From the human T2T-CHM13v2.0 reference genome, Homo sapiens: 64,000 bases of DNA. The notes under the pieces are model-generated. The model ran no database searches, was not told the DNA's origin, and saw only the letters and a list, made by a program, of their open reading frames with translations. Below, in pieces: positions 42,111 through 54,599 of this stretch; position 1 is the first letter of the stretch; the number at the start of each line of letters is the position of its first letter. The position numbers and the translations under genes were made by a program. The DNA lies in NCBI RefSeq assembly GCF_009914755.1, contig NC_060936.1. One strand, given 5' to 3'.

Positions 42111-42256
42111 TTTTTTTTTTTTTTTTTTTTTTGGTGGGGAGAAGATGAGGTCTCACTATGTTGCCCAGGCTGGACATGAGCTCCTAGGCTAAAGAGATCC
42201 TCCCACTTCAGGCTACTGGCAGCTGGGAATACAGGTACATGCCACTGGGTCTGGCT
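42111..42256 (-). mobile_element. FLAM / free Alu monomer
   Basis: T tract followed by a single diverged monomer, gaggtctcactatgttgcccaggctgg...gccactgggtctggc. Confidence 0.82.
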
Positions 42257-43279
42257 TGGAAATGCAAGCTTGGAGGTTGGGTTGTAGACTCTAAGCATAA
42301 GGGATTAATTTTAAAATTTATAAACAAGACATTTAATCATATGGAAAGGGATATAGCACCTTAATATTTGACCAAATAACATAGTATTTCCTTGCCAAAT
42401 GAAAACAAATATAATCTTAGACCACTAGATTTCCTGAAAATTATTCTTGTACCTTTTCTAGTTGGGGAGTCATTAGGATCTAATTGACTCAAAATAAACA
42501 AGCAAATGCAATAAATTTGAAATGGCTTGTTCAACAAGGTTTTGAATTTATAGTAAATAGCTTGGTATTCTTCCATTTGAGAGAAGATTAAATAAGCTTA
42601 GCTTTGTTTTATCTTTTGAACAAGATAAGATCCCAGTACTTAATTCACATTTTTTTAATGCAAGACAAATTACTCATACATAAACAAGTTTATTTGGAAG
42701 GCACTATTTTTCAAGTGGTATTAACATGAACTATTCCTGTCATAATTTACTGAGTATTTTTATCTTATCTTTAATAATACATACGTTGAATACGTTAACT
42801 CAGGTGCAAGTACTTCATCACATTTTATTAATGCTTTAAACATATTTATTTCTCTATTTATTAACAGATAAGAAAAAATTTAATAAGCCTTAGGAATTCC
42901 TTCTCTTATATGTGCATCTCAGTGTCAACACTTACTAATGCATATACACAATGCAAATGAAACAGGAAATTAGTATGCTGGTTTATCAAGCACCAATTCA
43001 GGGCAGCCTTACTATCTTTATCTGACATTTCCATAATGGAATGCAAATTCAAATGCCAAAGAAGTTTGAAAGCAGTGACTGAGAAAAACACATTGTTTAC
43101 CTGAAAATCATTAGTTATATAAAAGGCATTATGTTCTTCTCATGTATGGGGGTTGGGGGGGATATATAATACCTAATATAATAATTACATTCAAGAAACA
43201 TTTGTAACTGAATTAGATATAAAATCAGTGTGGCTATTCTTATCATTAATCCTAGATCTCCTTTTAAAAATAGACTCTA

Positions 43280-43590
43280 GGCCGGGCATGGTGGCTCACA
43301 CCTGTATTCCCAACAATTTGGGAGGCTGAGGTGGGCGGATCACCTGAGGTAGGAGTTTGAGACCAGCCTGGCCAACATGGTGAAACCTCGTCTCTACAAA
43401 AAATACAAAAATTAACTGGGTGTGATGGCTCACACCTGTAATCCCAGCTACTCAGGAGGCTGAGGCAGGCGAATCCCTTGAATCCCAGAGGCAGAGGTTG
43501 CAGTGACCCGAGATCGCGTCACTGCACTCCAGCCTGGGTGACAGACTGAGACTTGTCTCAAAAAAAAAAGAAAAGAAAAGAAAAAGAAAA
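43280..43590 (+). mobile_element. AluS (Sx-like)
   Basis: Full dimer with gatcacctgaggt and an A/GAAAA tail. Confidence 0.93.
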
Positions 43591-45599
43591 CACTCTATAG
43601 AAAATATATGTTATACGTATGTTAAAATGGAAAAGATCTTAAAGGTTACCCACGCCAGTCTCCAGAAAAATGCAAAAAGAAATCCTGTATGTGAGCTCAC
43701 CTCCATACCTGCATAAGCATTTTAGAAATTCTAAAACATTAATTTCATTCATATTAAAAATAAGAACAAAACACTCATGTTTCTTATTAAAAATGTTCAG
43801 AATTTATTGTTTTTATTTGCAATTAAAATGTCAAATGCAAGAATTCACATGGCAGAGAGTGAGTTGAAGAAAACACAGGTGCCTAATTCACAAGCTACAA
43901 AAAACAGTATAAAGGTGACCATCTGGGGAAAGCTGGCTGACTTAATTTTCCTATGAGCTTACCGTCTGTTCCTTATTTCTCTTCCAGACTCCATATTCTG
44001 ACCTTGAAAATGCATCTACATATTTTGCTACATGCATTTCCTTCTAACCATAAATTAACAGGTATTAAATAGATCTAATTATGCAAAGGATATAATACAA
44101 CAAAGGACATATTATGTTGCCTTTTACGTAATCTCAGTTTAAAAAGGTTTTGTTTCTGGTGATGACGCTTTTCAGCCTTTTAGCCATTCTATAAATTCCT
44201 ACACTTTCCATGATACGCCTGCAAGTGCAGACAAGCACAGTTCTAAGAAACAAATGCTGCTTATAGGAGGGTGGTTTACAAGGTGTAGAAAAAAGTTAGA
44301 TGTCTGAGAATGTGGAGACGAGGAAACGGGAGCCTGGGATTGTGATCTTGATGTGTTCGCAATGAATTATGAGGCAATACCAGCCGGAGAAAAGAGAAGG
44401 CTAAAACAGCGAGGAATTCCTGGCTTATCAGAAATCACCGACTGCTCAAGTACCCCGAGTATGCCAGGATTTCAGAAGGAAGCATCACACTTTACTGCCA
44501 TAGCGAATACATATGCTGTGTTTATTAGGTTTTCTTTTTATGTCTCACTCTGAACACTGACAATGATGCTAGTCGAATAAAACATACTTACTTTCAACTA
44601 TTTGTTGCCACAGCTTTTCTTCAAGTAGTCTTTTGTTCTATTCTGCATTATTTTCTGAAAAAAATCTATAGCTATTACTTCTGTAATGTTGCTAATTCAT
44701 GCTCTACTTACTTTGAGATTATTCTCTATCATTATATATTATTTGGCGTCTATGCTTCTGAAACTTGCCTCTAACTTAGAACACTTTTCATATATCAGTC
44801 CCAATTTATCCTTGGTTGTTTCCCCCACATCTTAAAGCTCATTAAGTGCTGAGCTAAACTCATCAACTTCATGGACCAACATGTTTCCTCTTTGACTTTT
44901 TTCCTTTTCCTCATTTTCACCTCATATTAGTCAATAAAGCATGCCATCAAGATCTCTTTCTTCCTTTCATTCCCATTACTCCTCCTCAAGTTAAGATCAG
45001 ATCATACAGATTACTATAATAATAGAGTCCAATATCCTCAAACTATTCCAAAGAATGATCGGGTTCCGTGAACAGAGTTTCGTCGTCTGCATATTACATA
45101 CCATTTGGAGACTCACAAAGTATATTGTAGCCTACAGTAAAGAAACACCTTCAATTTTGTTTAACCCAGTGTTTGGGAAACCCATTATTTTCTAATTTAT
45201 TTTACCATGAAACTTTTGTTCAAGGACCATCCAATAAACTCTCTCAGAGTAATGTTTATAAAGCACGAATCTTCCCCATACATTCAATCCCGCAACCAAT
45301 TTTCACATTAGTTAATAAATACACCAGTCAGATTAGTTCACTTCCTTACTCAGAATTTTCAAACACTCTCAATCAAACACTCCCATCAAAAGAAGCTTAT
45401 TAATCTGCAACTCGCATGTTTCACGTTATCTTTCATGACTTTCTTCATATTGATAGCTGCCCAGATGTTAAGCTTAGCATCCATTGTACTAAAACTGCCC
45501 ACAGTCATATCAAATAAATAGGTACCATCACTTGGCAATGAATTAACTTTTCACACAGAACTGTGAGACTATGGGCAACCTCTATTAATAGTTTCTAAT

Positions 45600-45812
45600 G
45601 GTCAGGATTGTGGCTCATGCCTGTAATCTCAGCATATTGGGAGGCTGAGGTAAGAGGATCTCTTGAGCCTAGAAGCTTAAGACCAGCCTAGGCAACATAG
45701 TGAGAATCTGACTCTACAAAAAATAAATATTTTTAAAATTAGCTGGGTGTGGTGGTGAGCGCTTGTGGTCCTAGCTAGTCAGGAGGCTAAGGTGGGAGGA
45801 TCACTTGAGCCT
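45600..45812 (+). mobile_element. AluJ lacking its 3' end, fused to L1
   Basis: Ends at ggaggatcacttgagcct and runs directly into L1 ORF2. Confidence 0.88.
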
Positions 45813-46889
45813 ATTGCAACAAAAACAAAAATTGACAAGTGGAATCTAATTAAACTCAAGAGCTTCTACACAGCAAGAGAAACCATCAAGGGAATAAACA
45901 GACAACTTACAGAATGGGAGAAAATATTCACAAACTATATATCTGGCAAAGGTCTAATATCCAGAATCTACAAGGAACTTAAATCAACAAGCAAAAAAAA
46001 AAAAAACAAAAAAACAAAAAAAATTAACCCCATTAAAAACTGGGTAAAGGACATGAACAGACACTTCTCAAAAGAAGACATACAAGTGACTAATGAACAT
46101 GAAAAAATGCTCATCATCACTAATCATCAGAAAATGCAAATCAAAACTACAATGAGATACCATCTCACACCAGTGAGAATGGTGTTTGTTAAAAAGTCAA
46201 AAAAATAACAGACATTGGCAAGGCAAGGCTACAGAGAAAAGGGAACATTTATACACTGTTGGTGGAAATGTAAAACAGTCCAGCCGTTCTGGAGATAGTT
46301 TGGGGGCTTCTCAAAGAACTAAGAGTTGAGTTACCATTCAACATGGAAACCCCATTACTGGGTATATATCCAAGAGAAAATAATTCAACCTACCAAAAAG
46401 ACACATGAACTCTTATGTTCATCACAGCACTATTCACAATAGCAGACACATGGAATCAACCTAGTTGTCCATCGATGGTGGATTGGATAAAGAATATACA
46501 GTACATAGACACTATGGAACACTATGCAGCCATAAAAAAGAACAAAATCATGTGCTTTGCAGCAACTGGATGGATGCAGCTGATTAAGCTATTATCCTAA
46601 GCAAACTAATGCAGAAACAGAAAACAAAATACCACACGTTCTCACTTATAAGTGAGAGCTAAACATTGAGTACACATGGACATAAAGATGGGAACAACAG
46701 ACAATGAAGAATACAAGAGCAGGGAGGGAGAGAGAGGGGCAAGAATTGAGACTGCCTATTGGGTACTATGCTCACTGCCTGGGTGATGGATTCATTCATA
46801 TTTCAAATCTCAGCAACATGTAATATATCTTTCTAACAAACCTGCACATGTTCTCCCTGATTCTAAAATAAAATTTGAGGGGGAAAAAA
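45813..46889 (+). mobile_element. 5'-truncated L1 (L1PB / old L1PA) 3' end
   Basis: [18 protein letters not shown]...[10 protein letters not shown], followed by 3'UTR to ttctaaaataaaa. Confidence 0.92.
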
Positions 46890-46909
46890 TCCTGTTTACT
46901 AAGGCTTCC

Positions 46910-47520
46910 AAAGGCAACCAGAATTTGATCACTTGTCATTATCTTTTCTGCTACTAGCCTGATCCCAACCACCACCATCTCTGACCTGAATTTTTTCAAT
47001 AACTTTCTTACTAATCTGTCTGTCTACTCTTTACATTCTATGATCAATATAGCTGAGTGAGTTTATTCAAACATAAGTTGGATCATGTCACTAATCCACA
47101 AAATCCCTCCTGTGGCTTAGTATTTTAGAGTAAAAGCCAAAGTCTTTAAAATAGTAACCCTGAGCCTCATGCACCCCCTGATTTCTCTCTTTCTCTTTCT
47201 CTCTCTCTCTGTTTGACTTCATTTCTTACTGTCCTTTGCCTTGTTCCCTCTGCTCCAGCTCTACTGAGCTCATTGCTGTTTGTCCAACACTTTAGAACAT
47301 TACTGCCTCAAGGCATTTACACTTGCTGTTTCCTCTGACTGGGCCATGCTTCTCCAATTATCCTGCTTGTTTGCCCCTTGTCCCCACTTCACTAGAATAG
47401 AAGCTTCCTGAGAGTTGAGACTGTGTCTGTTGTATTCACTGCTGCAGTCCCAAAACCTAGAAGAGAGGTTGAAATATACTGGGCCCTCAATAAGAATTTG
47501 TTGAGTGATAAGTGAATGCA
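46910..47520 (+). mobile_element. L2 3' fragment
   Basis: gcctcaaggcatttacacttgctgtt, ctagaatagaagcttcctgag, ctcaataagaatttgttgagtga. Confidence 0.8.
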
Positions 47521-48777
47521 TTTACAAAAGAGCATACAGGTGCTTTGGAAGTAAAAGCAGAAGGATATAACCTAGGTTGCAGGAATAGGAAAAGATTTCA
47601 TGAGGATTTAGAAACTGAGTGCCAAGAAGACAAGTAGACATTTGCCAGATAAAGAGAAGAAGAAGGGAAGAGCTTTCCCGCAGAGAGAGCAACACAGCAA
47701 GACTCTGAGGTACTTCTTATTTATTCAACAAATATTTGATAAAAACCTACAATGTACCAGGCTGTGTTCTAGCATTTGGGACATCTTAAGTAGAAGAGGA
47801 AGGCTATACACAAATAAACATTGGCATATGGTCAGTTAATAAAAATGTTATAAAAACAAATTAAGCTGGGATACAGAATAAAGAATGATGGGAGTAGGGA
47901 AAAGACAAGTTAGATATGGTGGATAATACTTCTAGGGAGGTGACATTTGGGTAGAGACTGAATGAAGCTCAGGGTAAGTTATTATCTAAGGAAAAAGCAT
48001 TTCTGGGCAAGGCAACAAAAAATTCAAGAGGAGAAGGGTATGCTTATAAATGTGAAAAATTAAAAAATACTTACAAAGTGGTGAAAGGGCAAACTGGCAA
48101 AGAAACCATGGACCCAATTCCATAAAACCCATCAGGCCAGCCATATTAAGAATATTAGACAATGGGAAGCCACTGAAGATTTGAATGCAAAGGATGACCA
48201 GATCAATGTCTCAGGAAATAAAAGCCAAACATAAACTGGCTGTTTTAATACTTAACTCACAATAGCTTCCTTTTAAGTTCAAAAGCCATTTCAGAAATAA
48301 GGCTATAGCATCAGTTTAAATGAAAATGGTGCTATTTTTTTCTGTGAGTACATAAAAATGGTATTATAATTTAAAATGTTTGTTTTTTTAAACTTTAAAA
48401 TAAAATTTGATGCCATTTTATTTGTAAAAGTATCTTTCTTCAATATTCTTATATTTTTAAATAATCTTTTTTCAAATTTACCTATTATTATTTCAGTGTT
48501 ATGCTCTTAGTTTATAGTTTCTATTCTTTCACAATACATACTTTTAATAATTATAAATATGCTTATTTTATAGTCTCTGACTTTTGTGTCGAGATCTCTC
48601 CACTCTTCAAACATAACCTTTTCCCTCCAGATTTCTGTTCCCTTTGCCTGAAACACAGGCCTCATTCACGTGTTGGTTTGTTGTGTACACTGATTCACCT
48701 CATATTCTGGCTCCTCCTCATGTGTTTTTAATGTTTAATTGTGAGCACACTTTTGGAAGGGACTGTTTCTTCTATGA

Positions 48778-49187
<410 letters not shown>

Positions 49188-49651
49188 TTATGTATATTCC
49201 TTGAAAGGTGGATTCCTGAACCAAGTAGGTGGAATATATTTAGATCCCAAACTAGGTAATGCAGTTTGGCTTATGGGCATAATGCAACTCTAATGTCTCA
49301 CCTCCAGTTCTGTATTGACCTCAGGCATAGGGCTGTCTGGGACCCCTTGCTCCCTTTTCATCTCCCTTCATCTACTCTTACTAAAGTATCAGCTCACACC
49401 TCTCCATTCCAGCTTTCAATTTCCCTTTCCCTTTAATTTCAGACACTTGGAGATTCTACTCCCTCATTTTCAATCTAAGCTATAGTTTTTTAATTGTTAA
49501 ATTTTATCTGGCACATCTTGATATTTGTAATGGAAGAGTTTCTGTGTTGGCTCAGTCTACCATATTAGAGACTCACTTAAAATTCATCTCTAAATTGGAT
49601 TTTAATTTGAAATATGAGCAAGAACAGAAAAATAGTTTGCATAAGCAAATA

Positions 49652-49985
49652 CAGTCATGGACTACATAACATTTCAGTCAATGAGGAGCTGCATATATGA
49701 TAATGATCTCATAAGATTATGATACTGTATTTGCACTGTACCTTTTCTATATTCAGATACACAAACACTTATCGTTGTGTCACAACTGCCCACAGTATTC
49801 TGTGCAGTCACAGCCTGTACAGGTTTGTAACCTAGGAGCAATAGGCTATACCAAACAGCCTAGGTGTGTAATAGGCTATACTATCTAGGTTTTTATAAGT
49901 ACACTCTATGACATTCCCACAATAAAATCACCTAATGCTTCTTTTCTCATAGAATGTATTTCCATCGTTAAGGAATGCATGCCGG
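49652..49985. mobile_element. Tigger3a (MER7A) MITE
   Basis: TA-flanked; cagtcatg...gcatgccgg ends; internal aacctaggagcaataggctatacca. Confidence 0.85.
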
Positions 49986-50912
49986 TAGTTGCTGAGATGT
50001 ACAAATAAGCACCAAAAATTAACCACGCTACAAAAGTGCTTTCTAAGTCTGTCTTCCCATCTGGGAACACAGTTTCTTACTCTGCTAGGTGAGAATAACT
50101 TATAGTTCATATTGTATGAGTTAACGTTGCAAAACAGTAGTAGTAAAAGGGTGTAAAACCCCTCTAAGAGGAGTTGGAAAGTGAACACAGGCTCCCTGAC
50201 CTGTGGGAGAGCTTGGGAAGAAGAGACAGTGAGTACTATTCCAAATAAGTGAGAAAAATCCAGCTAAAATGTTTAACAAATTCAGGAAGGGCCAACTGTG
50301 AGCAGGGATGAGTATATAACCTTTGAGAGTGGCAAGCACTCACTGATTTTTTTCCACAAACTTCCACCGGGTGCTTCCTAGAAAGAACAGATCAGGGTGG
50401 AAAACAAGAGGTGTAGACCCATTACAACGGGGAGAAGGATAAAAGCCAAAAACCCTCTATCCCAGGAATGGGGTGGGAAAGAGAGGGCAGGAAACAGTCC
50501 TAGTCCTGAAATCCTTTGATAGTATATGTATATTGTTATAGATTTCCTACCACTGGAAAGGGGCAGGGAACTCTCCCACACAAGACTCTCCATAGACAGA
50601 AGGCTGAATTTAGTCTGGCAGACCAAAGAAAGGCAGGATCCTGAGAAAGCCCTATGCTTGAGACCCAGACACACAGAGGCTTCCTAAGACTGAGGCTGGA
50701 CCAGGACAACAGAGAAACACCTTCGTCTCCACCACCAAGCTCATTCACTATCAAGTCACAAGCAATTGCAGTCTACCCCTGGGGGAAGGTAGAGGGCAAA
50801 GAGACAGAATCTCTCGGTGACACATGTGCACAGTGGAGCACCTCAAATGGTTAAGTTGAAAGTCAATATAAAATACAACTTCTCTTTTTATTTTTCTTCA
50901 ATGCTTTATAAG

Positions 50913-51205
50913 CAGAGGTTGAAAAGTATTAGGCCCATATAGTAAATAGTTCACAGACCAGTCTCCGTCCCAACTATTCAACTCTGCAGCCGTAGCAGGA
51001 AAGCAGCCAGTAGACAATTTGTGAGTAAATGAGCGTGGCGGTGCTCCAATAAACTTCACTTATGGATGCTGAAATTTGAATTTAATATGATATCCATGTG
51101 TCACAAAATATTCTTCTTTCATGTTTTTCAACTATTTAAATATGTAAAAGCCATTTTTAAGTCTCAAGATATATTTGATATCAGGGCTGTAGTTTGTGAC
51201 CTCTG
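50913..51205. mobile_element. MER58B-like hAT MITE within an old L1M fragment
   Basis: cagaggtt...gacctctg TIRs; caactattcaactctgc, gtgctccaataaacttc. Confidence 0.78.
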
Positions 51206-51837
51206 GGTTAAGGTAAAATTGGTAGCAATAATTATGGGTTTATAGATACAACAATAGCACCAAAGATGGAAGGGAGCAATGGGAAGTATATTGTTGGTTG
51301 TAAGTGATATTATTAAGGAAGACTGTGTTAAATTAAGGATATATACTCTAAACCCTAGGGCCAACATTACAAACAATACAAAAAAGACAGAGCAAAATAG
51401 GCAAAGGCTCACATCAACGTTAGATCATTAAAGTATTATTTGAATATAAGCCAATTGATTAGAGCTCCATCACATTTGGAAAATTTACAGTTTACAAAGA
51501 GAAAATCTCATCTTTAAACATATTCAGGAGAAACTTTAAAAATATGCATAATTAAATTATATTCTTTAAAGCTCTGAAAATAATGGAGAGTGATCCAAGA
51601 GAAGTTTTGAAAACTTGTTAGTACATGAAAGACAGAGATTTCTTAAGGCAGAGAAGAAAAATAAAACTAAGCAAAAAACAGGAATACCTTAATATGTACC
51701 ATATTAAGTTGTAATATTGGCCAGATAATGCTATCTAGTTCTAATATCCATGTACATCTATCTGGCCTATGGCTAAACTGTTCAGCTACTTAAGACAGAG
51801 GATTGCTGAGGCCAAGATCATGTAATGATTGCTACGC

Positions 51838-52586
51838 TCTCTTAGCTCCAGCTGTGGTATGGCCTGAATGTGTCCCTCCAAAATGCCTATGCTGAAGCCT
51901 AATCACCAATGTGATGGTGTTAGAAGGTAAGGACTTTGAGATATGATTAAGTCAAGAGGGCGCTGGAGATTAGGCCTCAGAGAGCTGCCTTGCCCCTTCT
52001 ACCACGTGAGGACACAGCAAGAAGGTGTCCTCTAAGAACCAGGAAAAACAGGCCCTAAACAGACATGGAATATGCTGGTACCTTGATTTTGGAATTCCCA
52101 GACTCCAGAACCATAAGAAATATATATCTGTAGTTTATAAGTGACCTAGTCTATGGTATTTTATTATAGCAGCCCAAATAGACTAAAGCAGACTGCTGTA
52201 ACAAAATGCCATACACTGAGTGGCTTAAGCAACTGATGTTTATTTCTCATAGTTTTGGAGGCTGGCACTTCCAAGATCAGAGTGCCAGCAGATTCTACCT
52301 GACGAGGGTCTTCTTCTGGTTCTGAACAGCAGCCTTCTGGATCTGTCTTCACAAGTCAGAAGTGAGAGGGAGATCAAGTGAGCACAAAGGCGTTGGGGAG
52401 GGTGGGAGGGAGCATGCTCTGCTCTCCTCTTCTTAGAAGGCTAATAATCCCATCAGGGAGGCCCCACCCTTCTGACTTCATGGAAACCTAATTACCTCCT
52501 AAAAGCCCACCTCAAGTACCATCACATTAGGGGCTAGGGCTTCAACATATGCATTTTGGGGGGACAGAAATATTCAGCCTATAACA
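51838..52586 (-). mobile_element. MLT1A-type LTR (host, split)
   Basis: tcttagctccagctg | gactgctgtaacaaaatgccata...attcagcctataaca. Confidence 0.82.
51855..52190 (+). mobile_element. MLT1A-type LTR nested in an opposite-strand MLT1A
   Basis: tggtatggcctgaatgtgtccc...atagcagcccaaatagactaaagca. Degenerate 5-bp TSD agctg / gactg. Confidence 0.85.
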
Positions 52587-53449
52587 TACACCCATCTTAA
52601 CATTTTCCTATTGGTGGTTACCATGTGATGCCAAACTGGCAATATTTGAAAAATGTGTGACATCAGAAGAAATTAATGTCTGCCTGGTCACAGAATATTT
52701 CATTCATCCAGAGGCATGTATCTGTCAAACTCAGCTAAGTAGGATAGGTCTGAGAAGCCAGAAGGATGCAAATATTCCCTTTGAGTTCACAAAATAAGTA
52801 TCTCAGAATTCCTTCAGTAATGTGCATTAAATTCTACTGCCTTATTTGTTTTATCTTCCACTGTTTACAAAAAGCCCATTTGCTAGAAAACATGCGCTGT
52901 AATGAAATAGGAAAGGAAATAAATCCTATGCTTAGGTTAAAAATGGTTAAAAATAAAATTTTGGCCTACAGGAGTAAACATCTGTTATCTGTAAGTTTAC
53001 TTAGGTAGAACATCTTTTCCAGATAGAGTGCTAGAAAAATATAGCATTACTTGGTCCACTTAAAATCCGTATTAAAACCTCAAGGCATGTATTTTAATGA
53101 TGTTGGATAAGAACAGTCTATGTCTTTTAGGACATTCACAAGTAACATTAAAGGGATGTCAAGATTCTCTCTTCATGACTGAAATTCAGGGCCTGCTACA
53201 TTCCCAAATGCCTTTCTCTCCTTTCACTAGGAGGCAAAGACTATCAGGAAAGAAGACTTGGGGCACTATTACCACTTTTCACTCACTTTTGTGAGCCTAT
53301 CAAAATTCCAGGTCCATATAAAGAAGTTTTGTCTGTGTATTACAGGCCACTGAAAGGTAACCTGAATGTCACAGTCATGATCTCTTGGTTCACTAGCACA
53401 GCCTGGGAAGAAGGATCAAAATATGCTGGTACTTTCTTATAATTTAATC

Positions 53450-54269
53450 TGAGATAGTTAATTTTAAGTGTCAATTTGACTGAATTAAAAGATACCCAGA
53501 TACAGTAATCCCCCCTTATCCTCAGTTTCGATTTCTGTGGTTATGGTTACCTGCAGTCAATCTCTGTCCAAAAATATTAAATGGAAAATTCTAGAAATGA
53601 ATGATTCATCTATTTTAAATTGTGCTTTGCTCTGAGTAGCACAATGAAACCCCTTGCCTTCCATCTCTGTCCGGGACATGAATCATCCCTTTGTCCTGTA
53701 TACACTACCTGCCCATTACTGTATAAGAAAAACAGTATACAGAGGGTTCACTACTAACCTTGGCTTCAGGCAGCCCCCGGGGGTCTTGGCACATACCCCC
53801 TTGCATAAGTGGGGGGCACTACTGTAGTTGGTAAATCACTATTTCTTGTTATGTCTGTGAGGGTGTTTCTGGAAGAGACTGGAATTTGAGTCAGTGAACT
53901 GAGTAAAGAAGATCCACCCTCACCTAATGTGGGCAGGCACCCTAGCCCAGATAAAACAAAAAGGCAGAAGAAAGGCGAACTTGCACTCTTTCTACCGGAG
54001 CTGGAAAACCTTTCTTCTTTTGTCCTTGGACGTCAGAACTGCAGTTTCTCTGGTTTCTGGACTCTGGGATTTATACCAGCAACTCATTGGGGTTCTCAGG
54101 CTTTCTGTCTCAAACTGAGAGTTACACTGCTGGCTTTCCTGGTTCTGAGGGGCCTGTGGGTCTTCTCAGCCTCCATAATTGTGTGAGCCAATTCCTCTGA
54201 TAAATCCTCTCTCTTAAATTTATAGCTGTATATCTTGCTCTGTGTCTCTGAAAAACCCTGCCTAATACA
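53450..54269 (+). mobile_element. MLT2 (ERVL) solo LTR
   Basis: tgagatagttaattttaagtgtcaatttgactg...gtgagccaattcc...aaccctgcctaataca. Confidence 0.85.
53503..53824 (+). mobile_element. Tigger2a/MER8-type MITE nested in MLT2
   Basis: TA duplication; TIRs cagtaatccccccttat / ataagtggggggcactactg. Confidence 0.87.
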
Positions 54270-54599
54270 CTGTCTATGGGTATTTTTGCCTTTTGTACTA
54301 AGAAATTAATAACCACTATTAATAAGCACAATCATTTATTTAACATCTGCTATTTTTCAATAATTGTGCTGGACCTTAAAAATATATTACATTTTTAAAT
54401 TGCTTTACCAACATTGCTATGTAAGTTCCTTTTGTAAGCATTGTACAAAGTTCCTTCCTTTTTTTCTCATACAACATACTCTCCTGGTGTGCCTTCTACC
54501 TGTCTGTTCTTTGAAGTCTTTGCAAGCACCTGTGCCTCAATTGTTCCTTGCAAGTTCATGTTCCTCAGAGCTTGCTATAGATTCTATTACTGACCTATG

